From the NCBI GenBank assembly GCA_051599415.1, contig AP039699.1, forward strand, positions 434,001 through 498,000: 64,000 nt of DNA, read 5' to 3'. The notes under the pieces were generated by a model, which saw nothing but the letters and a program-made list of their open reading frames with translations, did no database searches and was not told the DNA's origin. Source of the stretch: Savitreella phatthalungensis (lineage: Eukaryota). The translations under genes were made by a program, and so were the position numbers. Below are positions 44,037 to 53,673 of this stretch, piece after piece (the stretch's first letter is position 1; each line of letters begins with the position of its first letter).

Positions 44037-45026
44037 TTAGCTCTTCGCAAATTTCGCTCGCCTCTTTTCTTCAAGCCTTTGCCTTGCTTTCTGGAACTCC
44101 TCCTCACTTGGCGGAGCCGCATCGGGATTCTTTCCAAGGTTTGTCTCATGTCCGCGCTTCTGTTTCTTGCTCTTCTTCGATGAGCCACCATATTTCATCT
44201 CGAAGTGTTGTGCAAGGGCAGACAAATTGTGTTCGTTCATGCTGCTGAGCTGACGTCCTCTTTCGCGCTGTCTGGCGAGGATTAGTGTCGCAAGATCGGC
44301 CTCGCTGCTTACGGTCTCCGCTGCCCGAGCTCCTTGAGCAGAGCCGCCGTGCTTGCGCCTCTTAACAGACCTCTCAGACTGTAATTCGTCGCCCAATTTT
44401 GCGGCCTCATCGGCCTCGGCTTGCGCTCTTGATAGCCGTTTGCGACGTGCAGCCTTGGGCTCGTTGAAGAAAATTTCGAAACGCTCCTTCGCTGAAAGTT
44501 CGCCTGTTGAGAAGGCATCCTCCACATATCTTCTGAATCTTAGTTCGTCTGCTTCTTCGAGCTCGACACTAAACATGACATCGCAAAATAGTTTGTGCCA
44601 ATCGCCCTTACGCCGTTTGTATGCTCGTAAGACGTCAGCTCGTTCCTCTTCCGATCCAACATATTCTGCTCGAGCCTTTTCGATAGCTTCGGCATCCACG
44701 ACAGACGCATACTGCTGATCGAAGAACGTTGCCCAGTCGAAATCTTCATCGTCCGCGTCCTGAATCTCCTCCATTGAGCCGGTACGATCGTACCGCGCGC
44801 GCCGACGCGGATTTGAAAGGGTCGCATACGCTAATGCAATTCGTTTGAAATCGTCTTCTGCGGCCTCGCGCTCTGTCGCAGGCCTCTTATCTGGATGGAC
44901 GCGCAGGGCCGCCCTGCGGTAGGCCGATTTAAGTTTACGTTCCCCATCCTGAGTATCAAGTTGCTCCGGAGAGATGCCGAGGATAGCGTAAGCATCATCG
45001 CCTGTTCCAGTATTCTTGGACGGCAT
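44037..45026 (-). CDS. J-domain protein, DNAJC9-like
   Basis: YAILGI..KSAYRRAALRVHPDK; AYATLS...RARYDRTG; EYVGSEEERADVL.AY..KGD; C-terminal PPSEEEF. Confidence 0.9.
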   Translation of the reverse strand: MPSKNTGTGDDAYAILGISPEQLDTQDGERKLKSAYRRAALRVHPDKRPATEREAAEDDFKRIALAYATLSNPRRRARYDRTGSMEEIQDADDEDFDWATFFDQQYASVVDAEAIEKARAEYVGSEEERADVLRAYKRRKGDWHKLFCDVMFSVELEEADELRFRRYVEDAFSTGELSAKERFEIFFNEPKAARRKRLSRAQAEADEAAKLGDELQSERSVKRRKHGGSAQGARAAETVSSEADLATLILARQRERGRQLSSMNEHNLSALAQHFEMKYGGSSKKSKKQKRGHETNLGKNPDAAPPSEEEFQKARQRLEEKRRAKFAKS

Positions 45027-46164
45027 AGTGGACTTCTTGCTACGGCGTGAAGCGCGTGTAACATTTCACTAATACGCGTCTTCAGCTTGCTCATTCGTAG
45101 AACAAATGCTATATAATTTACATGGACGGATATGGATACCTTTGTACGACTAGCTGCTGAGGAGGGCTAGACATTGTACCCGGCTCCACAGATGATAATT
45201 AATGCCTGTTGCGCGCGGAATTAAGTTGGCTGATTCACGAATTAAACTCGCGCTTCAGTGCTAGATATGTCTTACAACCTACTGTTCAATGCAAGGACTG
45301 TGAAGTGGCGAATCTGTGGCCCACAGGCGATAGATGAATAGCTTGCATGCGCTGCTCAAGCTCAGCCAGGATTGCTTGCTTCTTTCATAACGAGTACGGC
45401 TGACGTCTGATGAGCAGTCGACAAAGCAGCCAGAAATCTCCGGCATGTAGAGTGCAATATGTAAGTGGTACTGTATCGTGTCCATCGTCACAACTCAACA
45501 AACAAGTCATTGGCTAGCAGCCTGCCGCAAATGCAAAAGTGGAGACCTGCACCACGTCTTACAAAGGGTGAGTGATCATCGTGATTCAGTCATCATTGCT
45601 GTGTCACCTATACAACAGGCGTGATGCCAAAGGAATCGAATGGCTGCGATTGCTCGAAATAGTTTTAGGATAGAAAACGCGCCGTCCCGTATACCAGCCA
45701 TGTTATCGTATCATCATGAATTACACATGCTTGTACCGTTGATCTAAATCGACACCATCTACATGGGCGGGTCCTTTCGTCTATGCCGCTTAACATCCAC
45801 GACCTGACGACGAGTTTCCAGGCGGACAGCGAAGTTGTGGAAATTTGAGTTCGGAGCCATGCTGATGATGCCCTGTTCGCGGCGACATGTTCTCCAGACT
45901 GACATCTAGCCAGTCCACTGCGATCAAACACAGGGTTCAATAAGGGCATAAACCATGATAGCGCAAAGCGATCCGGTCAAAGCTCATTGAACACGAGCAA
46001 TGCGCCTCTGTGACATAGCGCTCCGGCCTGCCCCTCACGAGTCACTCAATTGAAAACCATCGAATTTATGTCGTTCAGTGAGCCAGTAATTGCTGCAGCA
46101 ATGTCGTTAGTCGTACATTACGGACACATCTCGCGCTCCTTGGGCGAGGAGAGCCACTGATGAC

Positions 46165-47280
46165 TCAAATCCCAAGAACGTGTTTCATGCGCTCATAGAC
46201 GTAAAAGCTGCAGGCTACCATAGGCACAACTTTTATATAGCCAATTGTCAGTCCGACAAAGAACCCTCGTGCTCCATGAGCGGTCCAAATGTCGGCTGCG
46301 GTGTGCCAGAAGCCCTGGCGAGCGCCATTGCCTACAGCGCCGGAGACTTGCATTCGCCGTCGCACGACCTCGAGTGGGTAGGAGGCCGTTTGGGAGAGCA
46401 TACCTGCCAGACCGCCAGCCGTTAGTTCTGCCCAAGCAACAAGCTGTGCTCGAGGCTGATCGTCAGAAGAACTGTACGTTGTCCAAGCGGCCACGCGTTT
46501 GTCACGCATCAGATCGCCGATTGAGTCATGTGTGAGGAACGAAACACCCGCGTACGGCAACATGCCTGCAAGTGTCGGAGAGAAGCCTCGGTAGAAATTT
46601 GCGACGGAGCCTCCCGCCGAATGCGAGCCGCCAAGCCGTCCCCAATATATGTCGCGGCAGATCTTCCGTATGGATGTCTCGGTCTTCCGAGTCTCAAATG
46701 CCAGGCGCACACGGACGACTTCCAAAGGGTAGGTAAAGAAAACAGAAGTCAGACCGGCCATGCTTCCAGCAGCAAATCGTCGCCATGGTACCTCGTCCTC
46801 AGCATCAGTTATGAGCAAAGCCCGGTACTGCTCATATGCAACGAACTTGATACCAGCGTATGGAAAGATTCGGAGCAGAGTAGCCAGATGCCCCTTGAAT
46901 AGACCTAATATTCCAGTATGCGTGTAAATGTCGCTCGCAGCATGCCAGACACCGAAACGGCGCTTTGCGTAGTGAGCATATTCAGGGTTGGATGTCTGGA
47001 ACAGGATTTTGACGCGATCAAGTGGAGCAATTAAACTCTTCGCAGCGCAGCCTGCAACACCTCCTGCAAAACCGCTTCGCATGATGTAGTCAAGCGACCG
47101 TCGATCAGGTATGCGTCTCTGCGAGTCTGTCTTAATGGCTTCGTCCGTTTCGCATACAGGCGCTGCCCGCGAAAGTGGCGACGACTCGGGAGACGATTTC
47201 GCTGGCAGTGGTTGCACTGAAAGTAGGTCGTTGGCATCTGTCTCACAAAGAGGAGCGGATGCAGGTGCTACTCGACCCAT
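46165..47280 (-). CDS. LEU5: Mitochondrial carrier, CoA transporter Leu5 (SLC25A16/42-like)
   Basis: RSLDYIMRSGFAGGVAGCAAKSLIAPLDRVKILFQ; GHLATLLRIFPYAGIKF; three PX(D/E)XX(K/R) repeats. Start set at ATG 47280; an in-frame ATG at 47508 is possible. Confidence 0.94.
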   Translation of the reverse strand: MGRVAPASAPLCETDANDLLSVQPLPAKSSPESSPLSRAAPVCETDEAIKTDSQRRIPDRRSLDYIMRSGFAGGVAGCAAKSLIAPLDRVKILFQTSNPEYAHYAKRRFGVWHAASDIYTHTGILGLFKGHLATLLRIFPYAGIKFVAYEQYRALLITDAEDEVPWRRFAAGSMAGLTSVFFTYPLEVVRVRLAFETRKTETSIRKICRDIYWGRLGGSHSAGGSVANFYRGFSPTLAGMLPYAGVSFLTHDSIGDLMRDKRVAAWTTYSSSDDQPRAQLVAWAELTAGGLAGMLSQTASYPLEVVRRRMQVSGAVGNGARQGFWHTAADIWTAHGARGFFVGLTIGYIKVVPMVACSFYVYERMKHVLGI

Positions 47281-47284
47281 ATTG

Positions 47285-47961
47285 AAAGCCGAATGTGTCG
47301 CAGGCAGCGGTGACCCGACGCACACCCACGTCGACAATGCCGCTCTGATTCGACTAAGGGTCCCTGAGGCTTCAGGCGACGAGATCAAGAAGGCATTTTC
47401 GACCCTCAGCGTGGCCCGAGGAGGACATCCATATCCTTGTAAGTGTCTGCCGTCAGACCGTTGTGTCGGCTTCACGACGTCCGCCGGCACTTTTTCTCCG
47501 GTGTGCATCTATATTCAGAAGATTTTATTATGTTCTGTGGAGCCGAGGCTGCACGAATCGGCGGTCACCCCAGGACCCCAAGACCCCGGAACCACCACAG
47601 TGCTGTCTTCGTACATCGCTCATCGAAATCTAAATCATTTTATTTTGTAGCGGACGCCTTCGGGCTCATTCAAGAGAAGTGGATGTGAGCCGGAGGCAAA
47701 CGACTCTGCTGAGCTGTGGCTAGCGACATGCAAAATAGACATCGCTGAGGCTTAGGGAGCTCGGGCGTCAAGCTTGATTGAATTTGCTAACTCGACACTG
47801 AAAACTCCTAGGGATTTCAATCTCCCTCGACAAGTGACTGCTAGAGACTGCTTGGTCCCCGGGCCCAGCCAGTCTCGTGTCGACTGATCAAGCAGCCCTG
47901 CAGTCAGATCCCCATGTATCGTCGTGATCCATTATAGTCGAGCGTCCTGCTCAGGAACGCT
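47285..47961 (-). ncRNA. Putative structured RNA filling the PsuG/K-LEU5 spacer (telomerase-RNA-like core; identity unproven)
   Basis: More than ten hand-folded helices, most with G-U pairs that favour the minus strand; see findings. Confidence 0.4.
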
Positions 47962-48014
47962 TTCAGGCAGATTCTCTGGCACTACATGAGCTGAGTCGGT
48001 GTCCGAGGCACATT

Positions 48015-50411
48015 TCAGACCACGTTCAATGTCCTCAATGTTCGAGCGACAGACTCATGCGTTTTGAGTGTCTCGATGGAGCATGCCTGCGCGAATGCCA
48101 CAGCCTGATCAATCGATTGACCAGTATGTAGTGCTGTCAGCAGGGCGCCCGCAAATGTATCGCCCGCTCCAGTGTCACTCTTTACTTCGTCTGAATTGAG
48201 TACGGTAGTTACCGGATGGTACTGAACGGTCAGTACAGGTTGCAGTAATCCAGTCCCCTTCATTGTTGACGATGGATGGCGCCAGACAATGGTGTGCTCG
48301 TCCTGTCCGGACAATGGAGTCTGTGAGGCCGTGTCCTCGCTAGCGTCATGAAGGCGCACAGACAAGACGCCAACTCGCCCGAGGGTTAGAAAAATACATG
48401 GGCTGTACGGGAGCAGGTGGATGCACTGCTGAATCGCGCCAAGTTTTTCGAGATCAATCTGCGAAGTGAGATCTGTTCGGTGGCGACTGAAAAAGTGCTC
48501 ACAAATATTTCTGAAATTCGAGTCGATACCCAATGCATCAACGACTTGCCACCAGCCTTGTGCAAGAGCTGAATCCACATCGGCTCGCCTTTTGGCAGCA
48601 TCATAAAGTGCCTTGAGCTCGTGGATATTTGGTGTCATACACGTAATATCATGATTAGGCCAGCACTGTAGCTTGACTGCGCTGTCAAAAATGCGCCCAG
48701 CCTTCGTTACGGAGACAGGCTCGAACAGGACCTTGGCTTCGACGTCACGTGCTGCGGAAAGGGCCGCTTGCAGAGCAACTGGCGATAAGTTAGCATCGCA
48801 TGCTACCCAAGCAGGCTTCAATGCATTCAGACTGCGATTGATGCGTGAGGGATCGATGTTTTCGATAAGGTCCATGTCCGCCACAGCTAAAACCAGTTCT
48901 CCTCGCATCTGGATACAGCAATAAGTTGTGGTCCTTTGGGCCTGTGATCTGTAGATATGGGAGGTGTCCAACTTGTCTGACAGATTGGAAATTATCTGCA
49001 TCGTCGAGTCGCCTTCTGCGTCAGTGCCTATGGCGGAGACCAGTGCGGTCCTGCTGCCTGAATACGCCGAAGCCCTCGCGATGTTCGCGGCAACGCCTCC
49101 GAGACTGCGTTTGCCTTCACCCTTGCACGATGTTTGCAAAAGATCGGCTGCTGCACTGACATCGGAATCGACGGTATACGTGAGGTCGATGGCCGTAGAA
49201 CCCACGACAGCAATATCACAATGTTGATCAGCAGTTCGCCTGAGGTCTTCTCCATCTGTCATCATATCAACGCCTGACCAGAAATTAGCTCCGTTGAAGT
49301 CGACAGCATTGATTGCACTGCCATCCTCCAAGCTCATCAACTCCTTCGCAACTCTCGCCGATGCATCGCGCTCGAGCACCTCTGATTCCTCTGACTCCTG
49401 GGGATCATGATTGCGTTCAAGTTTGGCGAGCTCAACGGCAATTTGCGCACCGACACGTGCATTCTCCATCACCAGGGCTATGTTGGCCGCAAGCGATTTG
49501 CCTTCCGTTGCTTCGCTGACAGCTTGCAAAAGGAACGGCGTTGTGTCTTTGCCACCAACGCCTTGTGACTCGGCATCCGAGAGCGCCATTTCGATCACAC
49601 GATCCATGAATGCCTTCCCCAGCGCTGCGTCTGTCGGACAAGGCACGCAGACAAGTGTCGAACTGCCGAGACCGAGGGAACGGTTCGCGTGGATCAGACG
49701 GGCAGCGTGTTCGGGAGTCGGCGACGTCCGTGGTGAAGGTAGCCCAGAGTCCCGGCTGTAGAACGCCGGGAGGTTCTTTTGACCTCCAACCGTTGTCACG
49801 GCGACTCCCATGGTCTCGAGGTACTCCAGAGTACGTGGAATGTCGAGTATTGCTTTCGGGCCGGCACAGATGACAGCAACGTCGTTGCGCGAGAGCTCGT
49901 TCAGGTCATTGGAGATATCGAAGGTCACATGGCCATTGCGATGCACTCCACCTATGCCACCGGTAACAAATACTTTGATACCCGCTTGCTTTGCCAGGAT
50001 CATGGTCCCACTGACAGTTGTACCGCCCGTGGCTTTATCTGCAACGCACGCCGCCATATCTCTACGACTCACTTTGCGAGCCGACATGCCCTCACGAGCG
50101 AGAAGCTCTAGTGATGCATCGTTCAGCCCGACATGTGGCCGACCTTCAAGAAGAGCAATGGTTGCGGGTGTCGCTCCGTTTCGGCGAACAACATTCTCTA
50201 CCTCCTTGGCCATCTCCAAGTTGCGCGGGTATGGCATGCCGTGCGTGATGATCGTTGATTCCAGACATACGACCGGGTCGCCAGCTGCAATCGCGCGTTG
50301 CACATCGTGAGATATCACGACGCCAGATAGGCATCGCCTTGCAGTCCACAGTCGACGTGACAGGACATGCCTAGCTCTCATCAAGACCAACATCGTCTCA
50401 GAACTCCACAT
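48015..50411 (-). CDS. Bifunctional pseudouridine-5'-phosphate glycosidase (PsuG/IndA) + PfkB-family pseudouridine kinase
   Basis: PVVCLESTIITHGMPYPRN, KVSRRD, GGTTVSGTM, VFVTGGIGGVHR, GKDTTPFLL; then GGVAANIA, TPNIHEL, DTGAGDTFAG. Exact start ATG uncertain. Confidence 0.95.
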   Translation of the reverse strand: MWSSETMLVLMRARHVLSRRLWTARRCLSGVVISHDVQRAIAAGDPVVCLESTIITHGMPYPRNLEMAKEVENVVRRNGATPATIALLEGRPHVGLNDASLELLAREGMSARKVSRRDMAACVADKATGGTTVSGTMILAKQAGIKVFVTGGIGGVHRNGHVTFDISNDLNELSRNDVAVICAGPKAILDIPRTLEYLETMGVAVTTVGGQKNLPAFYSRDSGLPSPRTSPTPEHAARLIHANRSLGLGSSTLVCVPCPTDAALGKAFMDRVIEMALSDAESQGVGGKDTTPFLLQAVSEATEGKSLAANIALVMENARVGAQIAVELAKLERNHDPQESEESEVLERDASARVAKELMSLEDGSAINAVDFNGANFWSGVDMMTDGEDLRRTADQHCDIAVVGSTAIDLTYTVDSDVSAAADLLQTSCKGEGKRSLGGVAANIARASAYSGSRTALVSAIGTDAEGDSTMQIISNLSDKLDTSHIYRSQAQRTTTYCCIQMRGELVLAVADMDLIENIDPSRINRSLNALKPAWVACDANLSPVALQAALSAARDVEAKVLFEPVSVTKAGRIFDSAVKLQCWPNHDITCMTPNIHELKALYDAAKRRADVDSALAQGWWQVVDALGIDSNFRNICEHFFSRHRTDLTSQIDLEKLGAIQQCIHLLPYSPCIFLTLGRVGVLSVRLHDASEDTASQTPLSGQDEHTIVWRHPSSTMKGTGLLQPVLTVQYHPVTTVLNSDEVKSDTGAGDTFAGALLTALHTGQSIDQAVAFAQACSIETLKTHESVARTLRTLNVV

Positions 50412-50749
50412 TACATCAATGTTATGCAGCTTTACGCCCTGACACCGATGCAGATGGCTAAAGTCGTCAAGAGCCGTGACGCTTGACTGCTCGCCGAGTT
50501 ATGTGAGATTTAGACATAAATTATATGCGCACCTGGGACATGTGATGCTATTCCGCGGATACCCCGCCGCAGGGCTGGGGTGCATACCACACGGGCGGGT
50601 GCCTCATCTCGATATCGGTTAAATTCATTTCTGTAAGATGTGAGATCTGGCACGAATACTATGCACAGACTTTGCATATCGACGCGAGTTCTCAGTCCAC
50701 GAAGCCCTTCATGCAGCGTGACACAGGTCCTCGCATTACAAAATGTCCC

Positions 50750-51609
50750 TCATTTCTCGCGACCGCCCTGAACATCTTGCCCGATCCGCATCGCGCCAAT
50801 GCTTTGCCAATTGATTTTTGACCTGGTCACTGGTAGCTGTCGGCGAAGCTGACGGAATGCGCCATCTCCCAGCTCCGTCAAAGTCCTGTTGAGCTCCTCT
50901 TGGAAGTCACGCTCCAGATCCGCGAGTTTGTTGGGCAGTTCAGACGAGCTGCTCTGCATCGCAGCAATCTCTCGCCGCACGAGTAGCCGCACATTGCCGT
51001 CCTCGAAATAGTGGACATCGACCTCGATCGTGCCGCCTGTCAGCCCATTTGCCGGATCGTAGAAATATGTGTTACGCCACCGACCGGTCCAAAAGTTTGC
51101 TTGATTGAACTTTGTACCAACGATCAGAATCACAAAGTGCTCTGGCTTCTCTTTGTTAGGCACGATCGTGACTGCCGACTGTGACGGATAGTGCTCCGCA
51201 CGATATTTCTGTAGAGCGTCACCTAGAGCAGAACTGTGGTGCACGTTAGCCAATGATCTTTACTGACTGATGTGTGCAAGACTTCTTACATTCGGGGGAC
51301 TTTGTCGTAAGGCTTAATGTCCGTTGTTTTCAGTGTCTTGAAGTCGACTTTGAACTCCCGGCCGACAGTAACGTCAAAGAAACGGCCTTCCTTTGCGTCA
51401 AGGGCGTTGTACTCGGAGAGAATCATATCATTGCCGTCAACGTTGACTGTTGAGTGCTGTGAAAGGTGGTAATCGGCCAGTACCTCAGCGCTTGCCTGCT
51501 CGTACTTGTCTGCATCGCCAACCAATTGCTTGATATCCTTCGTAACCTCGGTGAGCTGTCCCGGACCAGTTGATGCTATCAGCGAGAAAATGTCCTTGCC
51601 GCTGGGCAT
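50750..51609 (-). CDS. CAP1: F-actin capping protein alpha subunit; exons 51609-51290 and 51233-50750
   Basis: Intron 51289-51234 (GTAAGA...GCTAAC...CAG) joins the two ORFs in frame (..VPRI-SALGDA..); PGQL.EV..DI, NFWTGRWR, VDVHYFEDGNVRL, LRRQLPVTRSKINW. Confidence 0.95.
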
Positions 51610-52034
51610 GACGCACTGAGCTCTTGGGTCGATGCGGTAAGATCAAAACCGGCTGTCAATTGGGCGAATTGGCCTGTCGTCCAGCTCTTGTGTCGTAAGT
51701 GTCAAACACTATGACGCCAACCCACAAATCACGCTCAGATGCTGCGTGATCACCCTAGTGATCGTCGTTCCAGACGTTCGAGTAAGGAATTTTTGATAGA
51801 ATGCAGGATTGCAGCACTAATGCACTGCATACCTGCATGCATGGTGAAACTACGTACGTACACAAATGATATAATTTATAAGATTGAAATCAATCGCTCG
51901 ATTCGGATTTTGTTGACAGGCAAGTTGGCCACACCATCGATATAGCAATGTAATTTGATCTGCTCGACCATCTTCAGATATGCATGAAAGGCTATCACGA
52001 ATCCTGTGACGTACTGAACTTTCGTACATCACAC

Positions 52035-53567
52035 CTACTGAGCGAACTTGGGAAGGATATCTGGTCGCCAGCCGATACCAATCTGCTCGCTTCCCGCTTG
52101 CTGGAGGAATACAACGTAATTGTTCTTGAGAAAGACATCCCCGTAGATGTCACGATCCATGGTGCCACGAGACTGGATGCCGCTGAAGCACATATTGTCC
52201 TCCACTGGTGCAAAGGCCAATGAGGCGCCAGGTACTCCATGATAAGCACTGCCAATCATGAAAAACAGATCTGGCAGCTGAGCCTTACAGGGTACCAGAT
52301 ATCCTCCGTGTTTCTTGCTATAGGTGGCGCCTTTCACCTGCTGATGTATTGTAAGAACGGTCTCATCGTCAACGAGCATCAGCGTAGTGCCTGTGTCGAT
52401 TATAGCGGAATGCTGCGGCACCAGGCCGCTCTGCATTGAGCCGTCAAAGACTGATAATCCACTCGCAGCTGATGAACGGTCCCTAGAAGATGGCGATCTT
52501 CCGAAAAGACTGGCCAAGCCGTTGGCAATTTGCTGACCCCAGGATAGCAATTCCTTCGAGACAGATTCAGCATCTTTCGTTGAAAGGCTGCCACACGAGC
52601 CCTTCCTTCTTGCGAACCCTGGTACAAGAGATGCTAATGTCGGTGCCAATGGTGACGAAGGCTGACCGTCGCGCTTTGCCAGTGATGCGCTGCTCGATAG
52701 TGCGCCTGGTCTCGGGATGTCAACCCCATTGCGGCCGATGCGTAGATAAGGCGAGTTGACCTCCCAGAACCCGGCACTAGTATCCACAGGAGTATAGCTC
52801 AATTGGCCCACGAAAGCATCTTGGTCAATGAAGCCGAAAGTAAAATGACCTCCAGAACCTTGTGCTACTGTTCCATCCACCAGTTTTGCAGTGAACAGAG
52901 GTTGTGCAAGTCGACCCTGAGCGATTAGATTCTCCATGGGCGTCGCGACGCGCTGTGGCTTCACCGTGTTGAGCTTGCCGAACGCAAGACCAAGCAGTCC
53001 TGTCGCAGATGCGTCAGAGAAGAAGTCTTGGGAAACGAACGAAGCTCGCTGAACGGCCTGACTTTTTACGGCGATACCGCCGAGCCAGAGTGTGTCATGT
53101 CCCACAACTCCAGCAGCTCCCGATTTATCGGCGTACGTGATGTTCCAGGTTGATGCTTGTCCTGGGTTGGCAGAGACTGACGATCTTGAGTTTGTGGGTG
53201 CGTACGCACTCTGACCTTGTCGCTCGCTCGCTGGCATATCTGTGCTGAATACCCAAAAGTCCGATGAGCCTGTATCGAAGTTCAGCCGAATGTTCTGCTT
53301 TGGCTGGCCGATCGCCGCTTCTGTCAACCACTGAGAGCTGTCTTTCACAGCCGTCGAAGCAGCAATGCCGACGCCTGCGGCTGCTTTGATATGATACAAT
53401 GAGCTCCCAAGCAAGTTCGTCGTATTCAGCTCCTGTGCCTCCATCAAAGTTGGCTCAATATAATACTTGGCTACCGTCCTCCGATATGCTGCAGATCCAT
53501 CGAGGTGGATCGGAGCAAGCACAGGAACAGTGCCTTCTGCAAAGCTAGAATTCAAAGCTTGCAGCAT
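52035..53567 (-). CDS. Pepsin-family (A1) aspartic protease, aspergillopepsin-like, no obvious signal peptide
   Basis: Catalytic FDTGSSDFWV and IIDTGTTL; WNITYADKS; GLLGLAF; IYGDVFLKNNYVVF. Confidence 0.92.
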   Translation of the reverse strand: MLQALNSSFAEGTVPVLAPIHLDGSAAYRRTVAKYYIEPTLMEAQELNTTNLLGSSLYHIKAAAGVGIAASTAVKDSSQWLTEAAIGQPKQNIRLNFDTGSSDFWVFSTDMPASERQGQSAYAPTNSRSSVSANPGQASTWNITYADKSGAAGVVGHDTLWLGGIAVKSQAVQRASFVSQDFFSDASATGLLGLAFGKLNTVKPQRVATPMENLIAQGRLAQPLFTAKLVDGTVAQGSGGHFTFGFIDQDAFVGQLSYTPVDTSAGFWEVNSPYLRIGRNGVDIPRPGALSSSASLAKRDGQPSSPLAPTLASLVPGFARRKGSCGSLSTKDAESVSKELLSWGQQIANGLASLFGRSPSSRDRSSAASGLSVFDGSMQSGLVPQHSAIIDTGTTLMLVDDETVLTIHQQVKGATYSKKHGGYLVPCKAQLPDLFFMIGSAYHGVPGASLAFAPVEDNMCFSGIQSRGTMDRDIYGDVFLKNNYVVFLQQAGSEQIGIGWRPDILPKFAQ

Positions 53568-53673
53568 TACTGAGATCCTGTAGGCTGCGTTCGCAAGATA
53601 TATCTTCCAGCTCGCATTAGACTAGAGGCTCGAGCTTGCGTCTCAACCCTGAGAAAGCAGGTCAAAGCGCGTT

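Noticed and set aside
47281..47508. 76-aa N-terminal extension of Leu5 from ATG 47508
   Set aside because: Does not resemble carrier sequence and overlaps the structured region; ATG 47280 preferred, though the extension is not excluded.
47640..47945. RNase MRP/P, group I intron or TPP riboswitch identity for the structured spacer
   Set aside because: Only isolated look-alikes (GGGCTCATTC, TATAGTCG); the partner elements (CR-I GAAAGTCCCC, P/Q/R, CTGAGA...TGATC core) were not found.
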